Positions 12,028-23,386 of a stretch of DNA of 64,000 nucleotides are shown here, one piece after another; position 1 is the first letter of the stretch; every line of letters begins with the position of its first letter. The position numbers and the translations under genes were made by a program. The notes beneath the pieces are model-generated. The model had not been told where the DNA came from. It saw only the letters and a program-made list of their open reading frames with translations, and searched no databases. Origin of the DNA: Naegleria gruberi (lineage: Eukaryota); assembly GCA_000004985.1 (NCBI GenBank), contig GG738897.1; one strand, 5' to 3'.

Positions 12028-14472
12028 ATGCAAGCTCAAGATTGCACCAGTTCATCTCCTTGCGTCGAAAAATTGATCATCGACCTCGGAAAGAAGATTC
12101 AGCAAGGAGAAAACGTTGAGGAAAATTCAAAATTATTGAAGGAATTAGAAATACAAGAAGGATTGCCTCTTTCCCAGAATGTGTCAAATATGTTATATAA
12201 TTTGGATATTATTAAATTTTCGGATGAAGAATCTTTGATAAAATCCGTATTGTATGAAGATGTAAAAATTATGAATGAAAAGAAATTATATGAATGGTTG
12301 GAAAGTAAAATGGAAACTGATAGGGAGTGCATGTTGAGCTATCTTATAAAACCAAAGAGAATTCTTGAAGGAGAAGAGAAGGATCAATTCGAAAGGGTTA
12401 GACTTGGCTCTATTTGTTTGAGAAAGATTATTGAAATGTTGGATCCAATTCTGTTTAATTGGTTTTCATATGAAACTTATCAAGATTTGAGACAATTTTA
12501 TGGAGAATTTACTTGTGACAATTTTCTTCCAAAATCACAAGGTCCAATTTCAACATTCAACTTAATAATGGATTTGTATTGGAGAAAGGAATACTTTACT
12601 TGTTTTTCAATTGGTATTACCTTTTTGGAGAGAACATTGGGCGATTTATTATTACTTGTCTCGAAAAAATCAAAAGATAACCCAAATGATTTGGTTTCAA
12701 TTATCGAAAATTTCAGAGAGTTAAAAATTAATGAGCTGTTGATGGTTGAAGAAATTGAAGAGGCTCTTGGAAAGGAATTTGTATTTATTTTCAGATGTTT
12801 CTCAGGCCCACTACAAGGATTGAATTTAAGAAACGTTTTATGGCATGGATTTTTGGATTCTGAAAATTTCCCTAGATGCTTTGCATCTTTCCTGATCCTT
12901 CTCATCATTAGCATTTCAAAAAGAGAGGAAACCAAGCAAGTATTAGAGAATGCTTCCTCCAAGCAAGTTAGAAGATCTTTCAATACAATGCTGGATATTC
13001 CCGTCAATTCTGGTAATCCATTGAGAAGAGACTTTTCTGATTACATCAAGAATGGAGAACATGCATTGGAAGAGAGTTTTGATTTAATTGATGAGAGCTA
13101 CCTTATACCATACAGAAGTAAGAGAGATTGGAAAAAGTCTATCGAATACTATAGAAATGGGCATATTTTCTTGAGCTTTGTCACTCTCTTCCCACATTTA
13201 GAGCACGCCTTGAGAAGAATGTTTGCCTACTCGAATAATAATTTTGAAAGGCTCTTCTCAGCAGAGACTGACCAAGTTTACACAACATTTGATGAAATTA
13301 TGCACCCTAGCATTGATTATACAGAGGTTTCATCAAATTTGACAGATGGTGGTGATAAGACCTCCACTTGGACATTTGAAAACAGAAACCGTATATTTGA
13401 AGAAATAGGAGATAGCCTCATGTTATCCCTCTTTGATATTCTCTTCTTTAAGGATGGCCCAAGAATAAGAGACAAGTTGAGTCATGGTGTTGTTGATCCA
13501 CATCAAATTTTGGAAATTGAAAATCTGTCTGAGCAGGTAATCGCCATCGTGATGTGCATTATTTTCAATTGTTCCACACTCAATAGAGAAAATCAATCAA
13601 CTAACGAGCTAACCAATAAGATTTTAGAATTAAGAAATAATTTTACCTTTCAAACCTACCATCCCCAAATGAACTTTTTCAAAGAGTTTGACACCACTCT
13701 TGAAAAGTTCAAATCATTTGTTGAAAATACAGTTTCAAAAGCTTATTATTTTAGATATAAGGATGAATTTACAAAGAAATTATTTGAAAAGTATCCAAAT
13801 ACAGAAAGAGGAGAAAAGAGATTTATCGTCAAGCAATCATCAGATTTAGTCAACTTGATTGAAGTCTATAATAAGAGAATGCAAGATATTGGCCACGATT
13901 CAGTTGTATATAGAGATTTGTATCAACACAATATCAAACTTAACATCTTACTTGAAGAACCATCCGAAACAGAAACTATACAAAGTTTGGATTTGGAAAT
14001 GATACAAAATTCATTTGCTACCCTTAAGAAAACCAAAATGAAACCAAGACTTCCATTAACATTTTGTGGAAAAGTTGGAAATATTCAATCGATAGAATTT
14101 ACAAAAATATACAGACTCACAGATATTGTAAAGGCCAGTGGACAATTTGTTGATGAAGTCACTGCACTCTTAGCAGAATTGGAAGAACCAATTTTGAGTA
14201 GAAAGGCCTACTCTAGACATAGAAAGCGTTTCGTCTACACTTGCTACAATATGATTGACTTTTACAATCAATGCATTCTCCAACTTATGGCAGTTGAATT
14301 TTTATCCCTTAGCCCTGTCAACAAAATTGAATTGGACGAAAGAGGAATTATTTTGAGATTGGCTCGAGCAAGTCCACCAAGTGTGAAATCTTCAACATTA
14401 GACAAGATTGAAAAGCTAAATCTCGAATGGAAAACATTTATCCAAAATATCCAACTTGAAAAAAGCCCTTAA
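12028..14472 (+). CDS. Large conserved hypothetical protein (814 aa), α-helical, single exon
   Basis: ATG at 12028 and a long uninterrupted ORF. There is no kinase, ATPase or other catalytic signature. It contains an LRNVLWHGFLDSENFPR motif and may belong to a DUF-type family, which I cannot name with certainty. Confidence 0.55.
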   Translation: MQAQDCTSSSPCVEKLIIDLGKKIQQGENVEENSKLLKELEIQEGLPLSQNVSNMLYNLDIIKFSDEESLIKSVLYEDVKIMNEKKLYEWLESKMETDRECMLSYLIKPKRILEGEEKDQFERVRLGSICLRKIIEMLDPILFNWFSYETYQDLRQFYGEFTCDNFLPKSQGPISTFNLIMDLYWRKEYFTCFSIGITFLERTLGDLLLLVSKKSKDNPNDLVSIIENFRELKINELLMVEEIEEALGKEFVFIFRCFSGPLQGLNLRNVLWHGFLDSENFPRCFASFLILLIISISKREETKQVLENASSKQVRRSFNTMLDIPVNSGNPLRRDFSDYIKNGEHALEESFDLIDESYLIPYRSKRDWKKSIEYYRNGHIFLSFVTLFPHLEHALRRMFAYSNNNFERLFSAETDQVYTTFDEIMHPSIDYTEVSSNLTDGGDKTSTWTFENRNRIFEEIGDSLMLSLFDILFFKDGPRIRDKLSHGVVDPHQILEIENLSEQVIAIVMCIIFNCSTLNRENQSTNELTNKILELRNNFTFQTYHPQMNFFKEFDTTLEKFKSFVENTVSKAYYFRYKDEFTKKLFEKYPNTERGEKRFIVKQSSDLVNLIEVYNKRMQDIGHDSVVYRDLYQHNIKLNILLEEPSETETIQSLDLEMIQNSFATLKKTKMKPRLPLTFCGKVGNIQSIEFTKIYRLTDIVKASGQFVDEVTALLAELEEPILSRKAYSRHRKRFVYTCYNMIDFYNQCILQLMAVEFLSLSPVNKIELDERGIILRLARASPPSVKSSTLDKIEKLNLEWKTFIQNIQLEKSP

Positions 14473-14616
14473 TATCTCTCTTAACAACACACTGTATAAC
14501 TGTATAACAATTCATTGAAATTGAAATCAATTTCAGTTATTTCATAAAAATTTACCGCCAAAAAAATTACAGTAAGTTTTTTGCTTTTTTGGCAATATCA
14601 AAACCTTTAAAAAAAA

Positions 14617-15033
14617 ATGGCAAATGTAGCAGCAACTCTTTCATCTTCTTCACCAGTTCGCTCTAGAAAACAAGCTGCTACATCTTCAAATTCAGGGGCG
14701 AATGCTTCCCTCAATATAAGTAACCTCAGTTCCAGTAGTAATTCAACAAGTGTTTATAGAACACACGAATATACGGATCAAGCTCGACATATTAGCTTGA
14801 GTCCCTTCATTTCTCTTCCTCATTTAAATCCGGATAATTCAAATCCAAGTCATACATCGACAAAATCAGCAACAGCTACCCATAGTCCTGAGGCAAACAG
14901 AATTAAGGTGGGAATGGCTAAATTATTGGGATCATTTGATTTGTTGGAACAAGTGGAGATGGAAAAGAGAGATTGGAAAGATGCCATCAAATCATTACAT
15001 AAGAGGTTTGTGTCACCAAGCTTACTTTTCTAA
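14617..15033 (+). CDS. Ser-rich 138-aa ORF; either an independent small gene or the 5' coding exon of the downstream cNMP-binding-domain gene
   Basis: ATG at 14617. It is in the same frame as ORF 15079 and separated from it only by two stops. The candidate splice (donor ag|gtttgt at 15006, acceptor at 15052-15053) has a poor acceptor, so linkage is unproven. Confidence 0.3.
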   Translation: MANVAATLSSSSPVRSRKQAATSSNSGANASLNISNLSSSSNSTSVYRTHEYTDQARHISLSPFISLPHLNPDNSNPSHTSTKSATATHSPEANRIKVGMAKLLGSFDLLEQVEMEKRDWKDAIKSLHKRFVSPSLLF

Positions 15034-15078
15034 TTAGTATTTTGAAAAAAAAGAGGAGAACTACGTACCACCTATGAC

Positions 15079-16224
15079 ATGTCTCTACTGCTGACATTAG
15101 CAGGGAGATTGAAAGTATTTTCTGATCCATCAATTCGGTTTTCAAATGAGGAATTGGAGGAAGCCCTTAGGTTTGCATCAATGGAAACTGTAAAGGTTAA
15201 TGATGTTGTATGTGAAGTGGATTATCCAACAAAGAAGCCACAGTATTTTTATGTGGTCCTTAAAGGAAGTATTTCGTTAACATCCTCTCCCTATCCTGCC
15301 TCTTATAAAGTGGGAAAGAGAGGTAGCAGTTTTAGAAGTAACTCTGATTATACATCAGCATCACCAAGATCAAATTTTTCATACAAGAATATTTGTAGTT
15401 TCTTCTCAGGAGATGCTTTTGGAGGTGATTTATGTAATGATGAATATTCAAAGGAAGGATTATGGAAATGGGTTGCAAATGAGGAAAGTGATATATTAAG
15501 GATACCTACGGAAGTTTACAATAACGCTATCAAACCAAAATATGAAAAGGAACTTAAATCAAGAGTTTCCTTTTTGAAGAATTTGGTTGTACCATTGTTT
15601 GGTTATTACAAGCCATCAATGCTTTATGAATTGGCAAAATCATTCTTTGTTCAACATTTACCATCCAGGCACACAATAATCAAACAAGGAAGACCCGGAA
15701 ATATGATGTATTTTATCAAATCAGGAGAAGTTGCTGTTCTAAGGAGACTTAAATTCCAAGACACAGTGGGTGTTAAAACTACTGAGTTTGTTAGATTTGT
15801 GGAGCTGTCAAGATTAAAGCAAAAAGAATATTTTGGAGAGCGAGTTCTCTTGGCATGTGTAAACGAAAACCTAAATGAGTCAAAAACTGACATTAGTATT
15901 TCAAATAATTACTGCTCAAGACTAGCCTCAATTTATACAACCACAGAGACTATTCTGTATTGTATCAATAGAACCAGTTTTTCAAATTGTAAGTGTTAAT
16001 CCATTAGTTCTCAATAACTAGAATCCTCAATAACCCAAACAGTTTTCAATAAGGATGCCATAACTAAAATGCAAAAGTATGCCGATACCTATCCAAGAGA
16101 GAAGGAAATTAGAAAAGTATTTGCAGGTCAACAGGAGTGGCAAAAGTATAAATCGAAATTAATGAGAGAAATAATCGAGAAACCGAAACCAGACGAAATA
16201 CTCTCACCAAGAAATAAAATGTAA
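15079..16224 (+). CDS. Tandem cyclic-nucleotide-binding (CNB) domain protein (PKA-regulatory-subunit-like); exons 15079..15988 and 16043..16224
   Basis: CNB-B signature: HTIIKQGRPGNMMYFIKSGEVAVLRR … YFGERVLLACVNE. An earlier CNB-like segment is VCEVDYPTKKPQYFYVVLKGSISL. Donor aatt|gtaagt and acceptor aaacag|tt join in-frame to MQKYADTYPREKEIRKVFAGQQEWQKYKSK…, with stop at 16222-16224. Confidence 0.6.
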
Positions 16225-16246
16225 ATAATATAATGAGCTATATAAT

Positions 16247-17223
16247 TTATTGATTCTTCTTACCATCCAAACCTAATTTAGCAAGAATATCCTTAGCTTG
16301 AGGTGGCAATTTAGAAATACCCAAATCAATGTACTTCTTAGATTGATCACAAGCAATCTTGAGAACAGAGTCAATTTCATCTTGTTTCCATTCATAAATT
16401 AATGGGAGAGTGAAGAGGACATTCAAAGCAAGATACAAGAAAGTTTCACCGGCCATCTTTTTACCCAACCAGCTGACAATGAGAACAACAACACCGAAAG
16501 CAAGGGTCTTACCCAATTCCTTACAGCTCAAAATGTCAAGATAATACTTCAAGCCAGAGTTAACGTTTGCAACGATACCAGTGACAATCTTATTGACGAG
16601 TTCTTGACTAATTTCAACATTTTGGAATGGGAAAGTATGACTATTAAAATATGTTAATATATGAATTGGCTCAAAAATAAAACTTACTTTGGATTGTTTT
16701 GAATAATTTTAAAGACAACCATGTAACCAACAGAAATGAGAACTTGAATAAAGACAACCTTGCCAATGAGGTTGACAAGTGTGAATTCATATTTGCAGAG
16801 AAGGAGGAAAAGAGCTTGAATAGCAAGGAAGACTGGGACAGTGACAAAGATATTTCTCCACATGAGAATATCAGCCAAACTTAATTGTTCAACTGGAGTT
16901 TGATCGGTTGGATTAATACTGAAAGGAAGTGGTTGTCCCTTGCTAGATCTTTTAACAGGAGTGGCAGTAAGAGTTGATGTTGGTGTTGTGGTGGCAGCAA
17001 CCTTTGGAGTAGAAGTTGTTGTTGTTGTTGGAGAAGTAGAGGCAACAACTGGTGTAACAACAGCCTTTGGTTTTTCTTCAACTACATCAGCAACAGTTTC
17101 AACAACTGGTGTGATTGTTGCAGGAACTTCTGGTGTAGTAGTAACTGGTGTTGTGGTTTCTTCAACCTTTTCATCATCATCAAGAGCAGTAAAGCTGGTT
17201 TGTTCTAATTCTTCGGCAGACAT
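16247..17223 (-). CDS. Reticulon (RHD-domain ER-shaping protein); exons 17223..16688 and 16640..16247, 47-nt intron
   Basis: The N-terminus is acidic and poly-Thr. The reticulon homology domain has two long hydrophobic hairpins (LADILMWRNIFVTVPVFLAIQALFLLL… and TLAFGVVVLIVSWLG…). Conserved blocks VISQELVNKIV and PLIYEWKQDEIDSVLKI correspond to reticulon AISEELVQKY and IYERHQAQIDHYL. Donor caaa|gtaagt, acceptor ttttaatag. Confidence 0.8.
16960..17200. repeat. Imperfect trinucleotide (GTT/GGT/AGT; ACN on coding strand) microsatellite-like tract encoding the poly-Thr/Pro/Val region of the reticulon N-terminus
   Basis: Runs such as gttgttgttgttgttgg and repeated gtagtagtaactggtgttgtgg, read directly in the sequence. 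Confidence 0.5.
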
Positions 17224-17948
17224 TGTGTTTTGCGTTTTTTGATTTTTTTACAACGATGATTTTATATAAAGCTTAGGAATTTTTTATTTTTAGAGTCCAA
17301 AACGGAAATTAAATAATGAGCGCCAAGACAATTAAAACATATTTGACACTTTTTCATCAAAGACGTGTCTTTAAGAAGAAGAGACATCTTTGAATTTCTA
17401 ATGTCTTAGAATATTTTCGTGTTTTTTACAGTGATATGAAAATTTGATTCATAGTTGAGGTTGTTTTTCAATTTTTGCTCAATATTATCTTTGGTTTTAT
17501 TTGAAAATTGTCCTATTCAATCTTGTTCTTTTTTTGAAAATCTGATTCATTACTCAACATTTTCAAATATACCATTCTATCCATCCATACGGTTACACCA
17601 TCTCTCAAATAATAACATTTTATATGGATTCTTTCTTGTCTCTCAAAATCAAACACCTGATTATAATTCTCTCCACGAGAACTTCGTAGTAAACCAAATT
17701 TCAGAGGCTTGGAAAAAAGAGAATCAAAAATTTTGAATTAAAAAAAATTTTGTTGAACAAGGATCATCAGCTCATCACTGAAGGATAAAACCACAACAAG
17801 AGAGGACAGAAGAAGAACATCAAAAAGTATAATATTGGTTCTCATAAAACGCTTGATTATTGTTCATCATATTTTAAAATTAATTACCGGAACAACGAAT
17901 TATAATTATAATATTATTATTATTTAAATAACAACATATAAATTCATC

Positions 17949-20615
17949 ATGAGTTGGGTTCCAAACGAGCAAGGACTTCAACAAGTCATGGAACTTCTTA
18001 TTAACAGTAGGAAGGGAAGTACACAAATTCAAAAGGAATGTACTCTGAAGTTACAACAATTCAACGATAATGTTCACGATTTCAACAATTATTTGGTACA
18101 CATCTTCTCTAAATGTAAAGAAGTTGATCCAGCTGACAGACAAGCAGCTGGTCTTATTTTGAAAGCTAACTTGAAACAAAAGTTGGTTTCTCTCACTGAT
18201 ATTGAAAAGGAACACTTGAGATTATTGTTATTGGAAGCTCTTGGTGATGATATTCCTTTCATTAGATCAACAGCCGGAACTCTTATTGCTTTCATCTTTT
18301 TTTGGGACCAAATTGAAGCTTGGCCACAATGTATTTCACAACTTTTGACTCTTCTTGGTAATAGTAATAATCAACAACTTGTCGATGGTACAATGGCTTG
18401 TTTATCGAAAGTTTGTGAAGATAACTATGCTCAATTTGAGGGCGATTACGCACAACAGCTCACTGTTCTTATTCCAGTTTTGATTAAATTCATGGAATAT
18501 CCAAATGAAGGTATTAGAAAGAATGCTCTCAGCTCAATCCTCCAATTCTTCCAATTGGATCCAGTTCCTACTGCCATTACTGATAATATGGATGCTTACT
18601 TGAGATCTCTTTTCAATATTGCCAATGATAATTCCGTAACTCTTCGTAAATATGCTTGCCGTGCATTTGTCTTGCTTTTGGACATTCCTCACTATTTGAA
18701 ACAAGCCATTTCTACTGTTATTGAATATATGATTCACTGTACAGCCTCTGATGATGAAACCTTGTCATTGGAAGCTTGCGAATTTTGGACTGTTTTACTC
18801 AGTCTTGATCCAAAGAATCCATGTCAACCATTCTATCCAATTCTCCAAAACCATCTCCCTCAACTTGTTCCAGTTTTATTGAGTAAGATGCAATATTCTG
18901 AATTTGAACAAGCTTCACTTTTACACGATTCTGAAAGACCAGACAGAGATTCTGATATTAACCCATCTGTTTACCACATCAAACCAAAAGACTCTCTCGA
19001 AGAAGAATACGACGACGAAGATGATGAAGACTATGAAGATTTTGATGAAGACGATTTTGGTGGTGATAGTGATTGGTCTTTGAGAAAATGCAGTGCTACT
19101 TCATTGGATTTGTTATCTAACGTTTTTGGATCCTCAATTCTTCCATATTTGTTACCTCAAATTGAACAAAAGATGAATGGTGAAGTTCCATGGCCAGTTA
19201 GAGAAAGTGCAATTTTGGCTTTGGGTGCTGTTTCTGATGGATGCATGACTGGAATGTTGCAACATCTTCCAAAGTTGATCCCATATCTTCTTGCTGTTAT
19301 TAATGACGAAAAGCCATTGGTAAGAAATATTACTTGTTGGTCTTTGAGTAGATATGCCAGATGGATTGTTGAACAACCATTGGACAAGTACTTTGAACCA
19401 GTTTTGGCTGCCATCCTCTCTAAAATGTTAGATAACAACAAGTGTGTTCAAGAGGCTGCCAGTTCTGCATTTGCCACTCTTGAAGAAAATGCCAAGACAC
19501 TTGTCATTCCATACTTGAAGCCAATCTTGGAAACTATTGCTAGTGCTTTCCAAATCTATCAAAAGAAGAATATTTTCATTTTGTACGATGCTATTAGAAC
19601 CTTGGCTGACTCTGTAGGCTCTCATTTGAACAAACCAATCTTTATTCAACTTATCATTCCTCCACTCATTACTAAATGGAATAATTTGATGGATGACGAT
19701 AAGGATTTGTTACCCCTTCTTGAATGTTTAACTGGTGTAGCAGCTGCTCTCCAAAATGGTTTCCACTCATTTGCTGAACCAGTTTTCCACAGATGTATCA
19801 AGATTATTCAAACTATCTTTGAAATTGACCAAAAGAGGCCACAAGAAGCTGACAGAGAATTTGTCATTTGTTCTCTTGACCTCATTGGTGGCATTCTTGA
19901 AGGATTAGGTCCAAATGTCAACCAAATTCTTACTACTTCAAAGTTATTGGATGTCTTGTTCATTTGTATTAAGGACAGATTCTCAGACGTCAGACAAAGT
20001 GGTTTGGGTGTAATTGGTGATTTGGCCAAGAATGGTATTGAATACTTAAAGAATGGTCTTCCTCAATTCCTCCCAATTATTATTGCCAACATTAATCCAA
20101 AGGCCCAATCAGTGTGTAACAATGCTTGTTGGTCTTTCGGTGAAATTACTGTAAAGATTGGTCCAGAAATTGCATCCTACGCCACAGAAATCTTCCCAAA
20201 GATGATTCCAATCCTCAATTCTCCATCTACCAACAACTCCCTTGTAGAAAACTTATCTGTTACCATTGGTAGAATTGCATTGGTTTGTCCACAAATTGTT
20301 GCTCCAAATTTACCAGTTATTTGCAAGAATTTGTGCTTGGGATTGAGCAAGGTTACTAATAAGATTGAAAGAGAACATGGTTATGCTGGATTGTGTGCTG
20401 CTATTAAGGCTAATCCTTCAGGAGCAGTTCAACACTTCTCATTCGTTCTCGATACTATTTCAAACTGCACTGATCCAAGCCAAGAGCTCAAGAATGAATT
20501 TGTGCAAATTCTCCAAGGTTTCAAGCAAGGAATGGGTGATCAAGCTTGGATTTCTTACTTGACAAGTATCCCAGAAGATATTACCCTTAAACTCAGACAA
20601 GATTATAACATTTAA
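17949..20615 (+). CDS. TNPO1: Transportin-1 / karyopherin-β2 (importin-β family, Kap104 orthologue)
   Basis: Single exon with ATG at 17949. Full-length collinear similarity to transportin-1. Examples: EQGLQQVMELL…FNNYL, ACEFWTVLLS, the acidic loop DDEDDEDYEDFDEDDFGGDSDWSLRKCSA, HLPKLIPYLL…ITCWSLSRYA, VQEAASSAFATLEE, ILYDAIRTLADSVG and VCNNACWSFGEI. Confidence 0.9.
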   Translation: MSWVPNEQGLQQVMELLINSRKGSTQIQKECTLKLQQFNDNVHDFNNYLVHIFSKCKEVDPADRQAAGLILKANLKQKLVSLTDIEKEHLRLLLLEALGDDIPFIRSTAGTLIAFIFFWDQIEAWPQCISQLLTLLGNSNNQQLVDGTMACLSKVCEDNYAQFEGDYAQQLTVLIPVLIKFMEYPNEGIRKNALSSILQFFQLDPVPTAITDNMDAYLRSLFNIANDNSVTLRKYACRAFVLLLDIPHYLKQAISTVIEYMIHCTASDDETLSLEACEFWTVLLSLDPKNPCQPFYPILQNHLPQLVPVLLSKMQYSEFEQASLLHDSERPDRDSDINPSVYHIKPKDSLEEEYDDEDDEDYEDFDEDDFGGDSDWSLRKCSATSLDLLSNVFGSSILPYLLPQIEQKMNGEVPWPVRESAILALGAVSDGCMTGMLQHLPKLIPYLLAVINDEKPLVRNITCWSLSRYARWIVEQPLDKYFEPVLAAILSKMLDNNKCVQEAASSAFATLEENAKTLVIPYLKPILETIASAFQIYQKKNIFILYDAIRTLADSVGSHLNKPIFIQLIIPPLITKWNNLMDDDKDLLPLLECLTGVAAALQNGFHSFAEPVFHRCIKIIQTIFEIDQKRPQEADREFVICSLDLIGGILEGLGPNVNQILTTSKLLDVLFICIKDRFSDVRQSGLGVIGDLAKNGIEYLKNGLPQFLPIIIANINPKAQSVCNNACWSFGEITVKIGPEIASYATEIFPKMIPILNSPSTNNSLVENLSVTIGRIALVCPQIVAPNLPVICKNLCLGLSKVTNKIEREHGYAGLCAAIKANPSGAVQHFSFVLDTISNCTDPSQELKNEFVQILQGFKQGMGDQAWISYLTSIPEDITLKLRQDYNI

Positions 20616-20788
20616 ACAATGGGATTGAAAGATAATTGATCTAATCCCAAGGATCATTTAAAATAGAATAACTCGCGACAACAACTTTAAATTAATCAAC
20701 ATGAAAACAAGGCACATCAGGACCCTGCCTCAAAACATCAGCATCAACAACCAACATCAGCAATAAAATATTAAATAATCATTAAAAT

Positions 20789-22447
20789 TTATTGATGTTC
20801 TTCTTCGTTATGAGCAACAACATTAAGACCTCTTCTCAAATCAAAGTTGAGCAAATCAGAAACATTATCAACAGCTGAAGTTGGATCATGCTTGTGTGAC
20901 ATAAAGTGACCTTGTAATTCAGCACAAGTAAAACGTCTAATTTCCTTATGTTCTGCGAAAATCTTAGCACAGAATAAATCAGCACAATCGTATTCACGAG
21001 GATAAAAGTTGAGGAACATTTCTCTAGTTTGAATTTCATCAGCAAAGTCAATCAAATATTTTACATCAATTCTGCCAGGCCTAATTAAGGCATCTGGTAA
21101 TCTGTCAATATGATTGGTGGTCATGAACAAAATTCTTCCTTCTTGAGCTACAACGCCATCAATACAATTCAAAAGTCCACCCAGTGTTACGTTTGATCCA
21201 GTTCCATGAGTGGAAAGCTCAGAAACTGAATTATCATCACTTGCTTCAGGTTGGGATGGATGTGGTGGTCTAGTTTGTTTTCGTTCCATCTTAATTGGAG
21301 CAGAAAAACAAGCATCAATATCTTCCAACAGTATTATAGAGTTGAATGGTGTATTCAATAAGAGACTGTTCAAATTATCATCATTGAGATTCTTATTACT
21401 AATATTAATGCAACAAATATTCTTATCCAAGGCACCTGCCAATGCAGTTACTGTACTTGTTTTACCTGTACCAGGTGGTCCCTATTTTGATAATTCAATT
21501 CAAAATTATAAATATTATTAAATATTATCATGATGTTAATAATACTAATACAATATAAAAAATATACTTACATAGAGAAGATAACCTCTTCTGAATGGAA
21601 TACCATGATCGTTATACCACTTTTCAAGTCCAATAAAATTCTTAGCATCCATCAACAACTTTTCGAAAATATTCGATTGTAATTTAACAGTACTAGGTGG
21701 ACGTTTCAATTTTGAAATTCTTGGCTCCCAAAAATCACAATACGAATCTGGAAGATAAATCAATGTTTTACCATGTTTAGATTCCAAATATTTCTGTTGA
21801 CAATCGATAATAAATTCCTTCAAAAAGTTTGGACTTGTTGCCAAACAACTAATTTCAATTTGTTCACTTGGAGAATTTGGTGATGATCCCAAAGATGCAC
21901 CTGATGATAAATTTCTTTCATATGAAATCTTGATAGTTTTTCCTTTAAATTTCAAATAATGAATACCAGGTGATGGAATAAATTTGATTGGAACTGAATG
22001 TTTATCCTTTTCAGAAGGATTATGTTTAAAACTAGAGAAATCAAAATGAGTTTTGGATGCTAAAATAGCCAAATGATTCGAATCTTGACTATAACTATCC
22101 TCAGCCAACCAATACATGAACCAATGATATGCTTCATCATTATTATTAATTTGCAACTTGCTCACAAAATTCTTTTGAAACAAGTAATTAATGGAACTGT
22201 ACCAAAATGTACCAAGTCCCAAACTTCCCAAAAACAAATACAAATGTCCAATATTAATATTCTTTGCAAGGCTGAGAAATTTCTCCCAGAGTGATGAAAG
22301 TGTTCCCGATGATCCAACTCCAACAGCAGCAGCAACAACACTTGCTCCGATTAATCCTGTCGTTGTTGATGGAGTGTTTGTTGTTTGCACGTTGTTTCCG
22401 AGAGTTGGTGATTGAACGAGCGTGGTGCTTGTTAGATTTGTATTCAT
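20789..22447 (-). CDS. BCS1: Mitochondrial chaperone BCS1 (AAA+ ATPase); exons 22447..21572 and 21481..20789, 90-nt intron
   Basis: The track start at 22528 is a TTG; the first ATG is at 22445-22447 (MNTNLTS…). The N-terminus has a TM region plus the BCS1_N domain. Exon 1 ends …HGIPFRRGYLLY|gtaagt. Exon 2 opens with Walker A GPPGTGKTSTV. Walker B is ILLLEDIDA. The ending TNHIDRLDPALIRPGRID… is typical of BCS1. Confidence 0.85.
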
Positions 22448-22541
22448 TTTTTTTAAACTTTTAAAGTTTTCGTAAAATTGATTGAATTTGAAAGAAGCCA
22501 AAAAGGCAACAGTGTTAAAAAATATCAATTATTAAGAGAGT

Positions 22542-23297
22542 TTATTGGATAATCCACTTGGGTTTTCCAATGGAATCGTTAAGGCCATAGATGGGAATGA
22601 TCTGTTGAAAATCTGTCTTGTCATCTCTAACCAATTGCATAATTTCAGGTGTGTTTGGAATTACATAATGAGACCAATAGTCAATTGTCTTTTTCTGTTT
22701 GGTATTCTTATCTTTGAGGTTATTTCCAAGAATAGACCATCCATTACTGGCCTCAATTTCCATACTTCTTGGCACAATCACATTATTATCCATTAATTGA
22801 AATAACTCATCTCTTAATTGCTCTCCATATGGTTGACTAGTTCCAGAATAATCACAACCAGAGAAACAAACATGTAATTTGATAGATCTACATTGTGGAG
22901 CTTCATTTAGATAGGGAGCTAACAATTTGGCTAAGGAATTGGCATTAACAAAGGCCTTCTGTATGGTTGGTCTTACTGGACCAGACGAAAGTAAACCGAA
23001 AGTTCCATCATGAGCATAAATGTGAAGAGAACTGTGTTGATCTTTCAATTCTTTAGTATTTACAAGTAATGGTTGAAATTGCTTTCGGAATTGTTCCTTC
23101 ATGAAATCTACAACCTCATCATCGACTGTTGTTTTATTCTTGTGGTATCGTCCTCTGATTTCTAATGTGCAAACTTTCTTATAGTTTCCATTCTTATATT
23201 TTGTGGTTTTTACACGATGGCTCGATAGGATCAGCTCGTTATTGAGTGCTTTAGAATTGGTGCAAGTGCCATTGTTGGTGAGGATGAGTAGTTGCAT
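22542..23297 (-). CDS. Hypothetical protein (251 aa)
   Basis: ATG at 23295-23297 with a complete ORF. I recognised no domain. It sits only ~90 bp from the genes on either side on the same strand (see findings). Confidence 0.45.
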   Translation of the reverse strand: MQLLILTNNGTCTNSKALNNELILSSHRVKTTKYKNGNYKKVCTLEIRGRYHKNKTTVDDEVVDFMKEQFRKQFQPLLVNTKELKDQHSSLHIYAHDGTFGLLSSGPVRPTIQKAFVNANSLAKLLAPYLNEAPQCRSIKLHVCFSGCDYSGTSQPYGEQLRDELFQLMDNNVIVPRSMEIEASNGWSILGNNLKDKNTKQKKTIDYWSHYVIPNTPEIMQLVRDDKTDFQQIIPIYGLNDSIGKPKWIIQ

Positions 23298-23386
23298 TTC
23301 TTTTTAAATTTTGTTTCTAATATTTTCAATTTTGAAATTGAAATTGTTTTTCATATTGAAATTGATATTTATTTCATGTTAGAAAA

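Noticed and set aside
17455-17736. 93-aa ORF in the reticulon/transportin divergent promoter. The same applies to small ORFs at 26171..26492, 31090..31566, 43635..44001 and 46378..47060
   Set aside because: They lie in intergenic or promoter DNA, have no recognisable domain and no splice context, and some overlap the 5S/PAH region. They are most likely chance ORFs in AT-rich sequence.
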